A stretch of 64,000 nt of DNA from an uncultured Roseburia sp. (GCA_947088345.1 CAMUGE010000001.1:85657-149656), one strand, 5' to 3'; counted from the stretch's first letter, positions 48,445 through 58,563 are shown. Made by a program: numbers and translations. The notes: generated by a model from the letters alone, not told the origin.

Positions 48445-49518
48445 ATGGAGACGGACAACAGAAAGGCGGAACCGCTGCGCATTTTAATTGTAGACGATGT
48501 GAAAGCGAACCGATTTGTGCTGAAGAATATTATCGCCGATATGGGATATGAACCAGTGCTGGCAGAAAACGGTGTTCAGGCGTTGAAAATATTTCCGGTC
48601 TGTAAACCCAAACTGATTCTATTGGATATTTCCATGCCGGAGATGGACGGATATGAGCTGTGCGGTATTCTAAAGAGCAGCGCGCAGACCAGGGATATCC
48701 CGATTATATTTATTTCCGCCTGCGATAATCCGGGGGATATCATCAAAGGTTTTAATCTGGGCGGGGAGGACTATATTACAAAACCGTTTATTCCGGAGGT
48801 CGTAAAGGCCAGAGTTGGCGTTCACCTTAAGCTGTCCGAAGCAAATAAAAACAGCAAAGATATTAACCGCAGGCTTCAGGCGCTGATCAGTGAGCAGATT
48901 AAGCAGATTGAGCAGGAAAAAAAGAATGTGCTCTATGCGCTTGCGCATGTGGCAAGAGAAAATTCCTGTTATCCGGACGGGCATATCGAGCGCATCAGTT
49001 ATAACTGTCGTATTCTGGCACAGGCCATGCAGCTTTCCCCGTTGTATGAACATTTGATTTCGGATACCTATGTGGAGACGATTGTGCTGGCGGCGCCGCT
49101 CTGTGATATCGGAAATGTCGCAGTTCCCATGGAGATTCTTCAGAAAGAAGCTTTGCTGGATGAGAGGGAGCGCAAAGCGATGGAACGGCATACGACAATC
49201 GGAGCACAGCTGTTACAAGATATACGCTCAGACGGGGATTATAATGATTTTATCGATATGTCAATTGATATTGCATACTGCCACCATGAAAACTGGGACG
49301 GCAGCGGGTATCCGCGCGGTCTTTCCCGCGATGAGATTCCGCTGTCTGCACAGATTGTGTCGCTTGTCAGCAATTACTGCGCACTAACGGAAAAGCGCAG
49401 TTACCGGGGAGCTTGTGGCAGCAGGGAAGCTTTGGAGGAACTGCGGTGTGAGGCGGGCGTAATGTTTCATCCGGATATCTTCGATATCTGTTCGCGTGTC
49501 GCCAGACAGCTTCGGTAA
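48445..49518 (+). CDS. Response regulator REC plus degenerate HD-GYP domain (RpfG-like)
   Basis: ILIVDD..LLDISMP..ITKP; HHENWDGSGYP present but the HD dyad reads CD (APLCDIGN). Confidence 0.9.
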   Translation: METDNRKAEPLRILIVDDVKANRFVLKNIIADMGYEPVLAENGVQALKIFPVCKPKLILLDISMPEMDGYELCGILKSSAQTRDIPIIFISACDNPGDIIKGFNLGGEDYITKPFIPEVVKARVGVHLKLSEANKNSKDINRRLQALISEQIKQIEQEKKNVLYALAHVARENSCYPDGHIERISYNCRILAQAMQLSPLYEHLISDTYVETIVLAAPLCDIGNVAVPMEILQKEALLDERERKAMERHTTIGAQLLQDIRSDGDYNDFIDMSIDIAYCHHENWDGSGYPRGLSRDEIPLSAQIVSLVSNYCALTEKRSYRGACGSREALEELRCEAGVMFHPDIFDICSRVARQLR

Positions 49519-49526
49519 TAAGAGGA

Positions 49527-49790
49527 TAGCGTGAGAATAACTTCTAAAGCTCGCAGCAGATCCTGCTTCGCTAAGAAGTTCTAAGTCTCACGCCAGAGAA
49601 TCCCCAAAAACAGGGGATTCTCCGCGCAGATTTCAGTCGCGGCAGAGCCGCGACATGTTGGTAGCGTGAAAAGTACGTGTAAGGCTCATGCCAGAGGGCA
49701 TTTCGCCAACAAGTACTAAGTTTCACGCCGAAAAACGCCAAAAACAGGCGTTTTTCATCTTGATTTGAGATTCCGCGAAGCGGAATCATG
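49527..49790. repeat. Tandem pair of about 130-nt structured elements with compensatory base changes
   Basis: Units 49527-49657 and 49662-49790 share TAGCGTGA start, CATG end, AAAAACA loop and three covarying hairpins. Confidence 0.85.
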
Positions 49791-49798
49791 GGGGGCGT

Positions 49799-52522
49799 GT
49801 GGAATATATAGAATATCAGAGGCTGGTTCAGGCCAAAATAGAAAAAATTGTGTTGGCTGCTTATACGGTCTATGATCTGTGGATGACGTATGTGGCAATC
49901 GAGGGCGGATTTGGCAGCGCATATATTCTTATTTTTAATATGGGGCTTTTTATTGGCTGGCTGATCTATGCGGGACGGCGTAAGACATATTATTTCAGGG
50001 CAATGGTCATTTCGTGTATGATTCAGGCAGCAGTTGTCTCTTATGTAATACAGATGCCGGGCCTTGTGCGGTCGCTCTCCTTATACCTGACAATGATTAT
50101 TTTGCTTGGCCTATACGGAATCCCGGAAATTTTTTATACTACGCTGGTTTCTGCAACTGTGATGATCGTTTATCATGTCTTTCTATGGGTCAATGAAGCT
50201 GCGAATGACAGTGCCGGAAGTATGCATCTTCTGCTTCAGGTTGTATCGGTGTATTTTGTGGAATATATCATGTATTCTCTGGTAAAAAAGCAGCGGGACG
50301 CAAATGAACAGCTGCTAAAGACGATTGTAGATCTAAAGGAGGCTGAGCGGATCAAGAACGACTTTCTTTCTAATGTCAGTCATGAGATCAGGACGCCTGT
50401 CAATACGATCTGCGGGATGAGCGAGATTTTGCTGAGAGAAGAAATTTCAGAGGAGGAAAAAGACGGGATTACAAAAATGCAGAATGCGGGCAGAAACCTG
50501 ATGTCGATTGTAGGAGATATCCTTGACTTCTCAGAGCTGCATTCTGAAAAATTTGATCTTGCGGAGGAGACGTATAACATTACGTCTACGATAAATGATG
50601 TAATTAATATGACGCTGGCAAAGAAAAGCGAGAAAAATATTGAGCTGATTGTTGAATGCGATGCGGACATTCCTTCTGCACTGGTCGGAGACGAACAGAA
50701 GATTCGGCGTGTGATTTTAAATCTGGTCAATAACGCGGTCAAATATACAGATAACGGCGGCGTCGTATTTTCGGTCGGCTTTCGAAAGACAGAGTATGGC
50801 GGAAATTTATGCGTGACTGTCAAAGATACCGGAATCGGGATGCGGCAGGAGAGCATGGAAAAACTGTTTACCTGTTTCGGACAGGTGGATACAAGAAGAA
50901 ATCGTCAGGAGGGCGGACTTGGACTTGGACTTGCGATTTCGGAGGCGCTTGTCAGCAAAATGGGCGGGTTTATCACTGTCCACAGCGAGCTGGGGCGGGG
51001 AAGTGAGTTTCAGTTTGTTGTTCCGCAGAAAGTGAAAGAGGAGACGCCGATTATCTCCGTGAACAACCGGGAAAACTTAAATATCGCTACCTATATCAAT
51101 TTTGAACAGTTTAAAATGGTAGAGATCCGGGACGAGTATGCGGGCAGTCTCTTAAATCTGTACCGACAGCTTGGAGTGTCCGGACATTTATGCCGCAGCC
51201 TTGCAGAGCTGAAAAGACGTGTGGAACGGGAATCCTATACGCATATTTTTGTAAGCCTGATTGGTTATCGGGAAGATATGGCATATTTCGACAGGCTTTC
51301 AAAAGTATGTGAGGTTTATGTCATTATGAACCGGGAGGACGAAAATCCGGTAAAAGAAGCGCAGACAAAGATATTATATAAACCGTTCTATACGCTTTCG
51401 TTTGCGAGGATTTTAAACGGGGAGGATAAGGGCGGCGACGATTTCTTTCACAAAGATAAATTTATTTCGCCGCAGACGCATATTCTTGTTGTCGATGACA
51501 ATGTGATGAATATCAAAGTTCTGGAAGGGCTTTTAAAGCCGTATCAGATTCGAGTCAGCGCTGCGTTAAGCGGTCGGGAAGCGCTGGATATGATTACAAC
51601 GGAGGACTATGATCTCGTCTTTATGGATCATATGATGCCGGAGATGGACGGGATAGAGACACTCCAGCGCATCCGGGGAAAAAGCGGAAGCTATTTTGCC
51701 GAGGTGCCGATCATAGCGTTTACCGCAAATGCGGTGGCTGGTATGCGGGAAATGTTTCTGGAGGAAGGGTTCGCCGATTTTATTGCAAAACCGGTGGAAG
51801 CTTCCGTTTTAGAGCGCGTACTGCGCCGAAGAATACCGGAGAGTAAGATAAAACCCATTACAGATGCTGACCGGTTTGCGGACCATACCGCAGGGCAGAG
51901 AAAAACGAGAGAGCTTTCCCTTGGCGATCTGGATACGGAGCGCGGCGTTTCTTACTGCGGCGGCATGGAAAATTATCTCGAAGTGTTAAAGATGCACTGT
52001 ACTGAGGGGGGAGAGAATAAGAACAAAATCCAGCGTTATTTTGATGCGGCCGACTGGAAGAATTATACGATCCTGCTGCACGCTCTGAAAAGCTCCATGT
52101 TGAGTATCGGTGCGGTAACTCTTTCCGGGATGGCCAAAGAGCTGGAACTTGCGGGAAAAGAAAACAATACGGAAAAAATACGAAGAGACCATGCGGCAAT
52201 GATGGAAGAATACGAGCGTATTCTGGGTATTTTGCGCGGTAATGTTGTTCCGGAGTCAGAGGATATTCTGTCAGTCAGCGATATGCCATTGCTCACCGAT
52301 GCAGAATTTGCAGAGCTGATCAAAGCGTTTGAGGACGCGGTCTTTACGTTAGATGGCCAAAATGTGACCCGCGCGCTGGAAGAGCTGCAAAAATACAGCT
52401 ATCGGGGGCATTCTTTAAAAGAATTGTTGCAGCCGCTGGAGGAGAAAGTGGAGATGAGCGATTTTATGTCTGCCTATGAAGCAGTGTCAAAGCTTGGGGA
52501 ACAGCTTAAGGGGGATTTATGA
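49799..52522 (+). CDS. Membrane hybrid histidine kinase (TM-HisKA-HATPase-REC-Hpt)
   Basis: NVSHEIRTP, NLVNNAVKY, DTGIG, GLGLGL; REC VVDD..FMDHMMP; Hpt LLHALKSS. Confidence 0.92.
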   Translation: MEYIEYQRLVQAKIEKIVLAAYTVYDLWMTYVAIEGGFGSAYILIFNMGLFIGWLIYAGRRKTYYFRAMVISCMIQAAVVSYVIQMPGLVRSLSLYLTMIILLGLYGIPEIFYTTLVSATVMIVYHVFLWVNEAANDSAGSMHLLLQVVSVYFVEYIMYSLVKKQRDANEQLLKTIVDLKEAERIKNDFLSNVSHEIRTPVNTICGMSEILLREEISEEEKDGITKMQNAGRNLMSIVGDILDFSELHSEKFDLAEETYNITSTINDVINMTLAKKSEKNIELIVECDADIPSALVGDEQKIRRVILNLVNNAVKYTDNGGVVFSVGFRKTEYGGNLCVTVKDTGIGMRQESMEKLFTCFGQVDTRRNRQEGGLGLGLAISEALVSKMGGFITVHSELGRGSEFQFVVPQKVKEETPIISVNNRENLNIATYINFEQFKMVEIRDEYAGSLLNLYRQLGVSGHLCRSLAELKRRVERESYTHIFVSLIGYREDMAYFDRLSKVCEVYVIMNREDENPVKEAQTKILYKPFYTLSFARILNGEDKGGDDFFHKDKFISPQTHILVVDDNVMNIKVLEGLLKPYQIRVSAALSGREALDMITTEDYDLVFMDHMMPEMDGIETLQRIRGKSGSYFAEVPIIAFTANAVAGMREMFLEEGFADFIAKPVEASVLERVLRRRIPESKIKPITDADRFADHTAGQRKTRELSLGDLDTERGVSYCGGMENYLEVLKMHCTEGGENKNKIQRYFDAADWKNYTILLHALKSSMLSIGAVTLSGMAKELELAGKENNTEKIRRDHAAMMEEYERILGILRGNVVPESEDILSVSDMPLLTDAEFAELIKAFEDAVFTLDGQNVTRALEELQKYSYRGHSLKELLQPLEEKVEMSDFMSAYEAVSKLGEQLKGDL

Positions 52523-55193
52523 AAAAGAGATTTTTCAGAAATTTAATCTTGGAAAGTGATATGCAGTTTCGGGAACGCCTGTTTCGGATCATATTGCTTG
52601 TCTGTGCCGCGGTCTCGGTGCTTGCTATCCTGGAAGGGATGATTATGGATAATACCGGAATCGTAGTTGTTCCTCTCTGCGCGCTGATGGCGGTTGTGGG
52701 CGCTTCCCTGCTACTGGCATTTAAATATAATAAAACGGAGTTTGCATCAGTTCTTCTTGGCATTTATGTGATCTGTATTTTGTTTCCGGTTATTTTTTTT
52801 ATGAGCGGAGGCATCAAGAGCGGAACTATGATCTGGTTTGTGCTTGCGCTGATCTATGTGTTCCTGATGTTTTCGGGGAAGCGGCTGATTATTTTTCTTG
52901 TGCTGACCGTGGCATCCGATGTGGCGGTATATGCGGCGGGATATCTGCATCCGGAATGGATCAATCCAATGGCGTCAGAGCTTGAAGTTTATGTGGATTC
53001 TCTTTTTTCAATTTTTGTAGTTGGATTTTCGGTGGGGGCGATATTAAAGGTTCAGACAGCTGTTTTTGAGTATGAACGAGACAAAAATATCAGGCAGACA
53101 GAGGAGGTCGAAAAAATCAGCCATTACCGCGAATCATTTTTTGCAAATATCAGCCATGAGATTCGCACGCCGATCAATACAATTGTAGGACTAAATGAGA
53201 TGACGCTGCGGGAGGAGATCTCAGACGAGGTTGCGGAAAATGCGGTTAATATACAGAATGCAAGCAGCCTGCTGCTCTCCCTGGTAAATGATATTTTAGA
53301 TCTCTCACAGCTGGAAAATCAGAAAATGAAAATTATTTCGGTCAGCTATGATACAAAGAAAATGTTCGAGGAGATCATTCGTTTCATTCAGGTTCAGACG
53401 CACAAAAAACGTCTGGAATTTTATATTGATATTGACGGGAAGATTCCGTCCGTACTGTATGGGGACGAGCGGCGCATACGTCAGATTATGGTGAACCTGC
53501 TGACGAACGCCGTCAAATATACGCAGAGAGGTTCGGTCACGCTTGCGGCAAACGCGGACCAGATCTATAAGGACACATTAAAGCTGCGTATTTCAGTAGC
53601 GGATACTGGTGCGGGCATACGCAAGGAGGAACTGGAAAATCTTTACGACAGTTTCCGCAGAGTGGACGAGAAAAAAATATTCGTATTGAGGGGAGCGGAC
53701 TTGGACTTTCCATTGTAAAACAGCTGGTAGACCTGATGGGCGGTGAGATTACTGTGGACAGTATCTATACAAAAGGTTCGATATTTACTGTAGTATTGGA
53801 ACAGAAAATTATAGATACGGCCCCCATTCAGAATATTGTAGTGGCTGCCGTTGGAAAAAACAGGAAAAAAGAGGCATATTGGCAGAGTTTTGAGGCGCCG
53901 GAAGCAAAAATCCTGGTTGTAGATGACGACGAGCTGAATTTGATTGTGGCGGTAAAACTTTTGCGTGCGACGAAAGTAGCGGTCGATACGGCGCGAAGCG
54001 CCGCAGAATGCCTGGAACTGACAAGGAAGAGGCTTTACAATGTGATCCTGCTGGATCATATGATGCCGGATGTAAATGGAATCGAGGCGCTCTCAAGAAT
54101 CCGAAAACAGGAGAACGGTCTGTGCAAAGAGGCGCCGGTCATTGCGCTGACTGCGGCTTCATTTTCAGGGAGCGAGAGGGAGTATCTGGATTACGGTTTC
54201 GACGGTTATCTTTCAAAACCGGTGGATGCAAAGCTTTTGGAAGAACAGATTATGCGGCTGCTTCCGGACGAACTGATTGAGTATCGCAGAGAGTCGCAGC
54301 AGCCTGTGGAGAGTACGGATTCCATACAGATTATGGCGAAGCGCAAGAGAAAAAGGATCTATGTCACTTCCGACTGTGCGTGCGATTTACAGGAGAGCCT
54401 GCTGGAGAAGTATGACATCAGACTGATCTATCTCTATATCAAAACGGAACATGGGATTTTTAAGGATACGAAAGAGATTGAGTTAAATAATCTTTCCAAA
54501 TATCTGACGGATTCCGCGAGCACGGCTGCGGCCGTAGCGCCGTCTATGGAAGAGTATGAGGCATTTTTTGCGGATGTGCTTACGCAGGCGGATCATATTA
54601 TTCACGTTTCCCTTGCAAGCCATGCAGGGGAAAGCTATCATAACGCAGTGATGGCAGCGCGGGGATTTGGGCATGTGCATATTATTGATTCCGGCCATAT
54701 TTCCGGCGGACAGGCGCTTACTGTTTTGTATGCGGCGTCTCTGGTAAAAGACGGGAAAAATGTAAGGGAAGTCTGCCAGGCGGTAGAACAGGTGAAAGGA
54801 AAGATTTCTTCTACTTTTCTGATTCCGTCTGCCAAAATCATAAAAGACAACGGTTATGTTAATTCTGCCGTTACGAGACTGTGCGAGTGCTTCCACTGGC
54901 ATCCGCAGCTTAAGATGCGTCAGGGAAGGATTCGTTTTACCAATATCCAGATCGGCAAACTGGAAAATGCGTGGAGGCGCTATATCTGGCAGCAGCTGTT
55001 GTTTCCCAAATACATTAATGCAGATATTATTTATATCACACATGCCGGTTTAAGCGTGCGGCAGCAGGAGATGATAGTGCGCGAGGTAAAACGGCATATG
55101 CAGTTTCAGAAAGTTGTGGTTCACAAAGCTTCGGTATCATGTTCGGCAAACGGCGGACTCGGCTCAGTCGGAATTGCCTATATGACAAAATAG
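52519..55193 (+). pseudogene. Hybrid histidine kinase-REC-DegV fusion frameshifted at an A7 run (53671-53677)
   Basis: ORF1 has H, N and G1 boxes; one extra A restores KKNIRIEGSGLGLSIVKQLVDLMGG into ORF2 (REC, then DegV IYVTSDCACDL..HIIDSG). Confidence 0.85.
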
Positions 55194-55208
55194 CAGCAAA
55201 AAAGGACG

Positions 55209-56834
55209 GTGAAATCTATTAAAATTACGGTTTTAAACAGCAGCGGGGAGCAGATCGCTTCCGTAGACGGGACAAGGGGGAAGACGATTCTATCCATACT
55301 GCAGGAGCAGCAGATTTATCTGGATGCGCCGTGCGGCGGAAAGGGGATCTGTAAAAAGTGCCGGGTGAAAGTTACTTATGAGAATTTTGAAGCGGAATCG
55401 GGGCATACCGCGCCGAAAGAATGCCTGGCCTGCCGCACTGTTTTGGAGAGTGACTGCACCGTGCAGCTATCCGCGGCCGGTACAGGAGAGCAGATCATTG
55501 CCGCAGTTTCTGAGAACACAAATCACGGAGAGGATTCTTTCTCACAGGGAAGAGAAGGACAGATGCAGGGAAACCGGCGTGGATCTGGCTATAGGCGTTC
55601 CTGTACACAAAATACAGACGGATATGGAATCGCTGTTGATATCGGCACGACTACGATTGCAGCCGCATTGATTCATCTGCCGACAGGAAAGCAGGCAGGC
55701 GTGATGACAGGGATCAATCGGCAGCGCATGTACGGCGCGGATGTGCTGACCAGAATTGCAGCGGCAAACGACGGAAAACTGGCAGGTTTACAAAAGTGTC
55801 TGCAGTCCGACCTGGTACAGATGTTTGTCTCGCTTCTGGCAAAATCGCATACGGCTGCGTCTTCCGTAAAGAAGATTGTAATTGCCGCTAATACGACAAT
55901 GTGCCATCTGCTGCTCGGTTATTCCTGCAGAACGCTTGGCGAGGCGCCGTTTGTTCCGGTAGATATTTCACTGACAAAAAAAACATACCGGGAAGTTTTC
56001 CATGCGTCAAATCTGACTGCACAGGTGACGATTTTGCCTGGAATTTCAGCTTTTATCGGGGCTGATATTGTCGCCGGTATCTACGCCTGTGACCTGATGA
56101 AAAAGAAAGAGGATACGCTTTTTTTGGATATCGGGACAAACGGGGAAATGGCAGTCGGCGGCAGCAGCGGATTTTGTGCGGCGGCAGCGGCGGCGGGACC
56201 TGTTTTTGAGGGCGGAGGTATTTCCTGCGGCGTGCCTGCAGTATTCGGAGCAGTCAGCCATATCTCGATTAAACCGGACGGGACCGTCAATCATTTGGAA
56301 CATATCGGGGAGAGCGGTGATCTTTTTTCCTTTGGGGGAAAAAGGCCTGTCGGGATCTGCGGCGCCGGGGTGATTGATCTGATCGCCGGGTTAATCGAGA
56401 GCGGTATCGTGGATGAGAACGGACTGCTTAGCGAACCGTATTTTTCGGGCGGATTTCCATTTGGAGGCGGAATGCGTTTTATGCAGAGCGACATACGCGC
56501 ATTCCAGATGGGAAAAGCTGCTATTCGCGCCGGAATTGAGACAATCGTTTCACATTACTATGGGGGGGAAAAAAGCGCGTTTGATATCAGCCTTGCGGGC
56601 GGATTCGGCGCATATATGGATACGCGGAATGCGGTGAAAACAGGCCTTTTTCCAACAGATTTTACCGGTCGGGTAAAAGTGGTGGGAAACAGCGCCCTGA
56701 AAGGAGCGATACGCTATCTGCGGGAGGAGGATGAGGAGGCGCTTCATTTGATTGTGGGGAGTACGGAAGTAATTACGCTTGCGCAGGAAACAACATTTTC
56801 GGATTCCTACTTTCAGTATATGTCGTTTTCGTAA
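55209..56834 (+). CDS. ASKHA-domain [2Fe-2S] protein (RACo-type corrinoid reductive activator, DUF4445-like)
   Basis: DAPCGGKGICKKC..CLAC; AVDIGTTT, YGADVLTRI, FLDIGTNGE, GPVFEG, GICGAG, LAGGFG. Confidence 0.88.
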   Translation: MKSIKITVLNSSGEQIASVDGTRGKTILSILQEQQIYLDAPCGGKGICKKCRVKVTYENFEAESGHTAPKECLACRTVLESDCTVQLSAAGTGEQIIAAVSENTNHGEDSFSQGREGQMQGNRRGSGYRRSCTQNTDGYGIAVDIGTTTIAAALIHLPTGKQAGVMTGINRQRMYGADVLTRIAAANDGKLAGLQKCLQSDLVQMFVSLLAKSHTAASSVKKIVIAANTTMCHLLLGYSCRTLGEAPFVPVDISLTKKTYREVFHASNLTAQVTILPGISAFIGADIVAGIYACDLMKKKEDTLFLDIGTNGEMAVGGSSGFCAAAAAAGPVFEGGGISCGVPAVFGAVSHISIKPDGTVNHLEHIGESGDLFSFGGKRPVGICGAGVIDLIAGLIESGIVDENGLLSEPYFSGGFPFGGGMRFMQSDIRAFQMGKAAIRAGIETIVSHYYGGEKSAFDISLAGGFGAYMDTRNAVKTGLFPTDFTGRVKVVGNSALKGAIRYLREEDEEALHLIVGSTEVITLAQETTFSDSYFQYMSFS

Positions 56835-57007
56835 TACGAAAAACGCAGTTTGGCGGGGGATGCGTCATTTCAGCCTTTGGCGCGCCGGTTTTTGGTCAGG
56901 ATGTATTTGAAGAAAAACATCATGACCTATATGCAAATCTCAGGTTATGATTTATAATGTTGGGTGAAAAGAGGCGAGTTAACAAAGTTTAGAGTGAGGG
57001 AAAACAT

Positions 57008-58459
57008 ATGTATGCAGATGAAAATGTAATCCGAATCAAACACGATGTACTGTACGAGATCGCAAAGCTTGCATTTGCGGGGGAATTGGAGGAAAAACGG
57101 GATCATATTGCGCTGAAGCTGATTCCGGGGCCGAAGCCGCAGTTTCGCTGCTGTATCTACAAGGAGCGTGAGATTATCAGGCAGAGAGTACGCCTTGCGG
57201 AGGGCAAAGCGCCCGGACCAACAGATGATGGAAATGTGATTCAGGTCATAAGCTCCGCGTGCGAAGACTGCCCGATCTCCAGTTACACAGTAACGGAAAA
57301 CTGTCAGAACTGTCTTGGAAAAGCATGTATCAACGCATGTAAGTTCGGCGCAATCGAGTCGGGGCGGGATCGCTCCCATATTGATCCGCAAAAGTGCAAG
57401 GAGTGCGGCAAGTGCGCACAGGCATGTCCTTACAATGCGATAGCGCATTTAAAGCGGCCATGTAAATTCAGCTGTCCTGTCAATGCGTTAACTTACGACG
57501 AAAACGGTATTTCCGTAATCGACAAGGAGAAATGTATCCGCTGCGGCAAATGTATCCATAGCTGCCCGTTTGGGGCAATCGGTTCCAAGACATATATTGT
57601 GCCGGTAATTGAGGCGTTAAAGAGCGGAAAGCGTGTGTATGCGATGGCGGCTCCGGCTACCGAGGGTCAGTTTGGCACAGATATTACAATGGAAAGCTGG
57701 CGTCAGGCGATGGTCGAACTCGGCTTTGAAGATTTTTATGATGTAGGGCTGGGCGGCGATATGACAGCCGCGTATGAGGCAATGGAGTGGTCGGAGGCTT
57801 ACAAGGAGGGCATTAAAAAAGTGACGTCCTGCTGTCCTGCATTTGTCAATATGGTGCGTCTGCATTATCCGGAACTTGCGGAGTGCGTCTCCACAACGGT
57901 ATCTCCGATGTGCGCTGTTTCAAGGCTGATTAAGGCAAGAGATCCGGAAGCGGTAACTGTATTTATCGGACCGTGTATTGCAAAAAAATCAGAAGTTGTC
58001 GATCAGGCAATCGAGGGCAATGCGGACTATGTTCTGACTTACAGCGAGATACGCGCCATTATGCGTGCGAGAGATGTGGCATTAAAATCATGTGAAAACA
58101 GCAGCCAGATTGCTTCTGTTTACGGGAAACGTTTTGCCAATTCCGGCGGCGTGACAGAGGCTGTCATGCAGAGTCTGACTGAGTCTGACGATGAGATTGC
58201 AGCTACCGTATGCAAAGCGAACGGCGCTTCCGAATGTAAAAAGGCGCTTCTGCTGTTAAAAGCGGCAAGACTGCCGGAGGATTTTATCGAGGGAATGGCG
58301 TGCGAGGGCGGCTGTGTCGGCGGACCAAGCGCATATAATAACCAGACTGCATCCAAAAAGAGCAGGGATGCGCTGCTTGCGCAGGCGGATGACAGAGGAA
58401 TCCATAAGAATCTGGAAAATTACGATATGAATAGTTTTTCGATGCACAGAAAGGCATAG
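57008..58459 (+). CDS. Monomeric group B [FeFe]-hydrogenase with N-terminal ferredoxin domains
   Basis: H-cluster motifs TSCCPA, GPCIAKKSE, EGMACEGGCVGG; several CxxCxxCxxxCP. Confidence 0.9.
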   Translation: MYADENVIRIKHDVLYEIAKLAFAGELEEKRDHIALKLIPGPKPQFRCCIYKEREIIRQRVRLAEGKAPGPTDDGNVIQVISSACEDCPISSYTVTENCQNCLGKACINACKFGAIESGRDRSHIDPQKCKECGKCAQACPYNAIAHLKRPCKFSCPVNALTYDENGISVIDKEKCIRCGKCIHSCPFGAIGSKTYIVPVIEALKSGKRVYAMAAPATEGQFGTDITMESWRQAMVELGFEDFYDVGLGGDMTAAYEAMEWSEAYKEGIKKVTSCCPAFVNMVRLHYPELAECVSTTVSPMCAVSRLIKARDPEAVTVFIGPCIAKKSEVVDQAIEGNADYVLTYSEIRAIMRARDVALKSCENSSQIASVYGKRFANSGGVTEAVMQSLTESDDEIAATVCKANGASECKKALLLLKAARLPEDFIEGMACEGGCVGGPSAYNNQTASKKSRDALLAQADDRGIHKNLENYDMNSFSMHRKA

Positions 58460-58467
58460 AGTCTGTG

Positions 58468-58508
58468 AAAGGGGTATTTCATACAATGTTTGTATGGAAT
58501 ATCCTTTT
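58468..58508 (+). terminator. Probable terminator
   Basis: Imperfect inverted repeat AAAGGGGTATTTCATACAA-tgt-TTGTATGGAATATCCTTTT. Confidence 0.55.
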
Positions 58509-58563
58509 GCTTGTAATGGCGATTGTGTTTGGAAAATAATTCGGAAAGGGGCAGCCGGGAAAG

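Noticed and set aside
49571-49789. 72-aa minus-strand ORF (MIPLRGISNQ...)
   Set aside because: Lies wholly within the tandem hairpin element; conservation there follows base pairing, not codons, and there is no RBS
57008-58459. Sensory or degenerate hydrogenase
   Set aside because: All three H-cluster motifs, including the proton-transfer Cys in TSCCP, are intact; an ordinary group B enzyme
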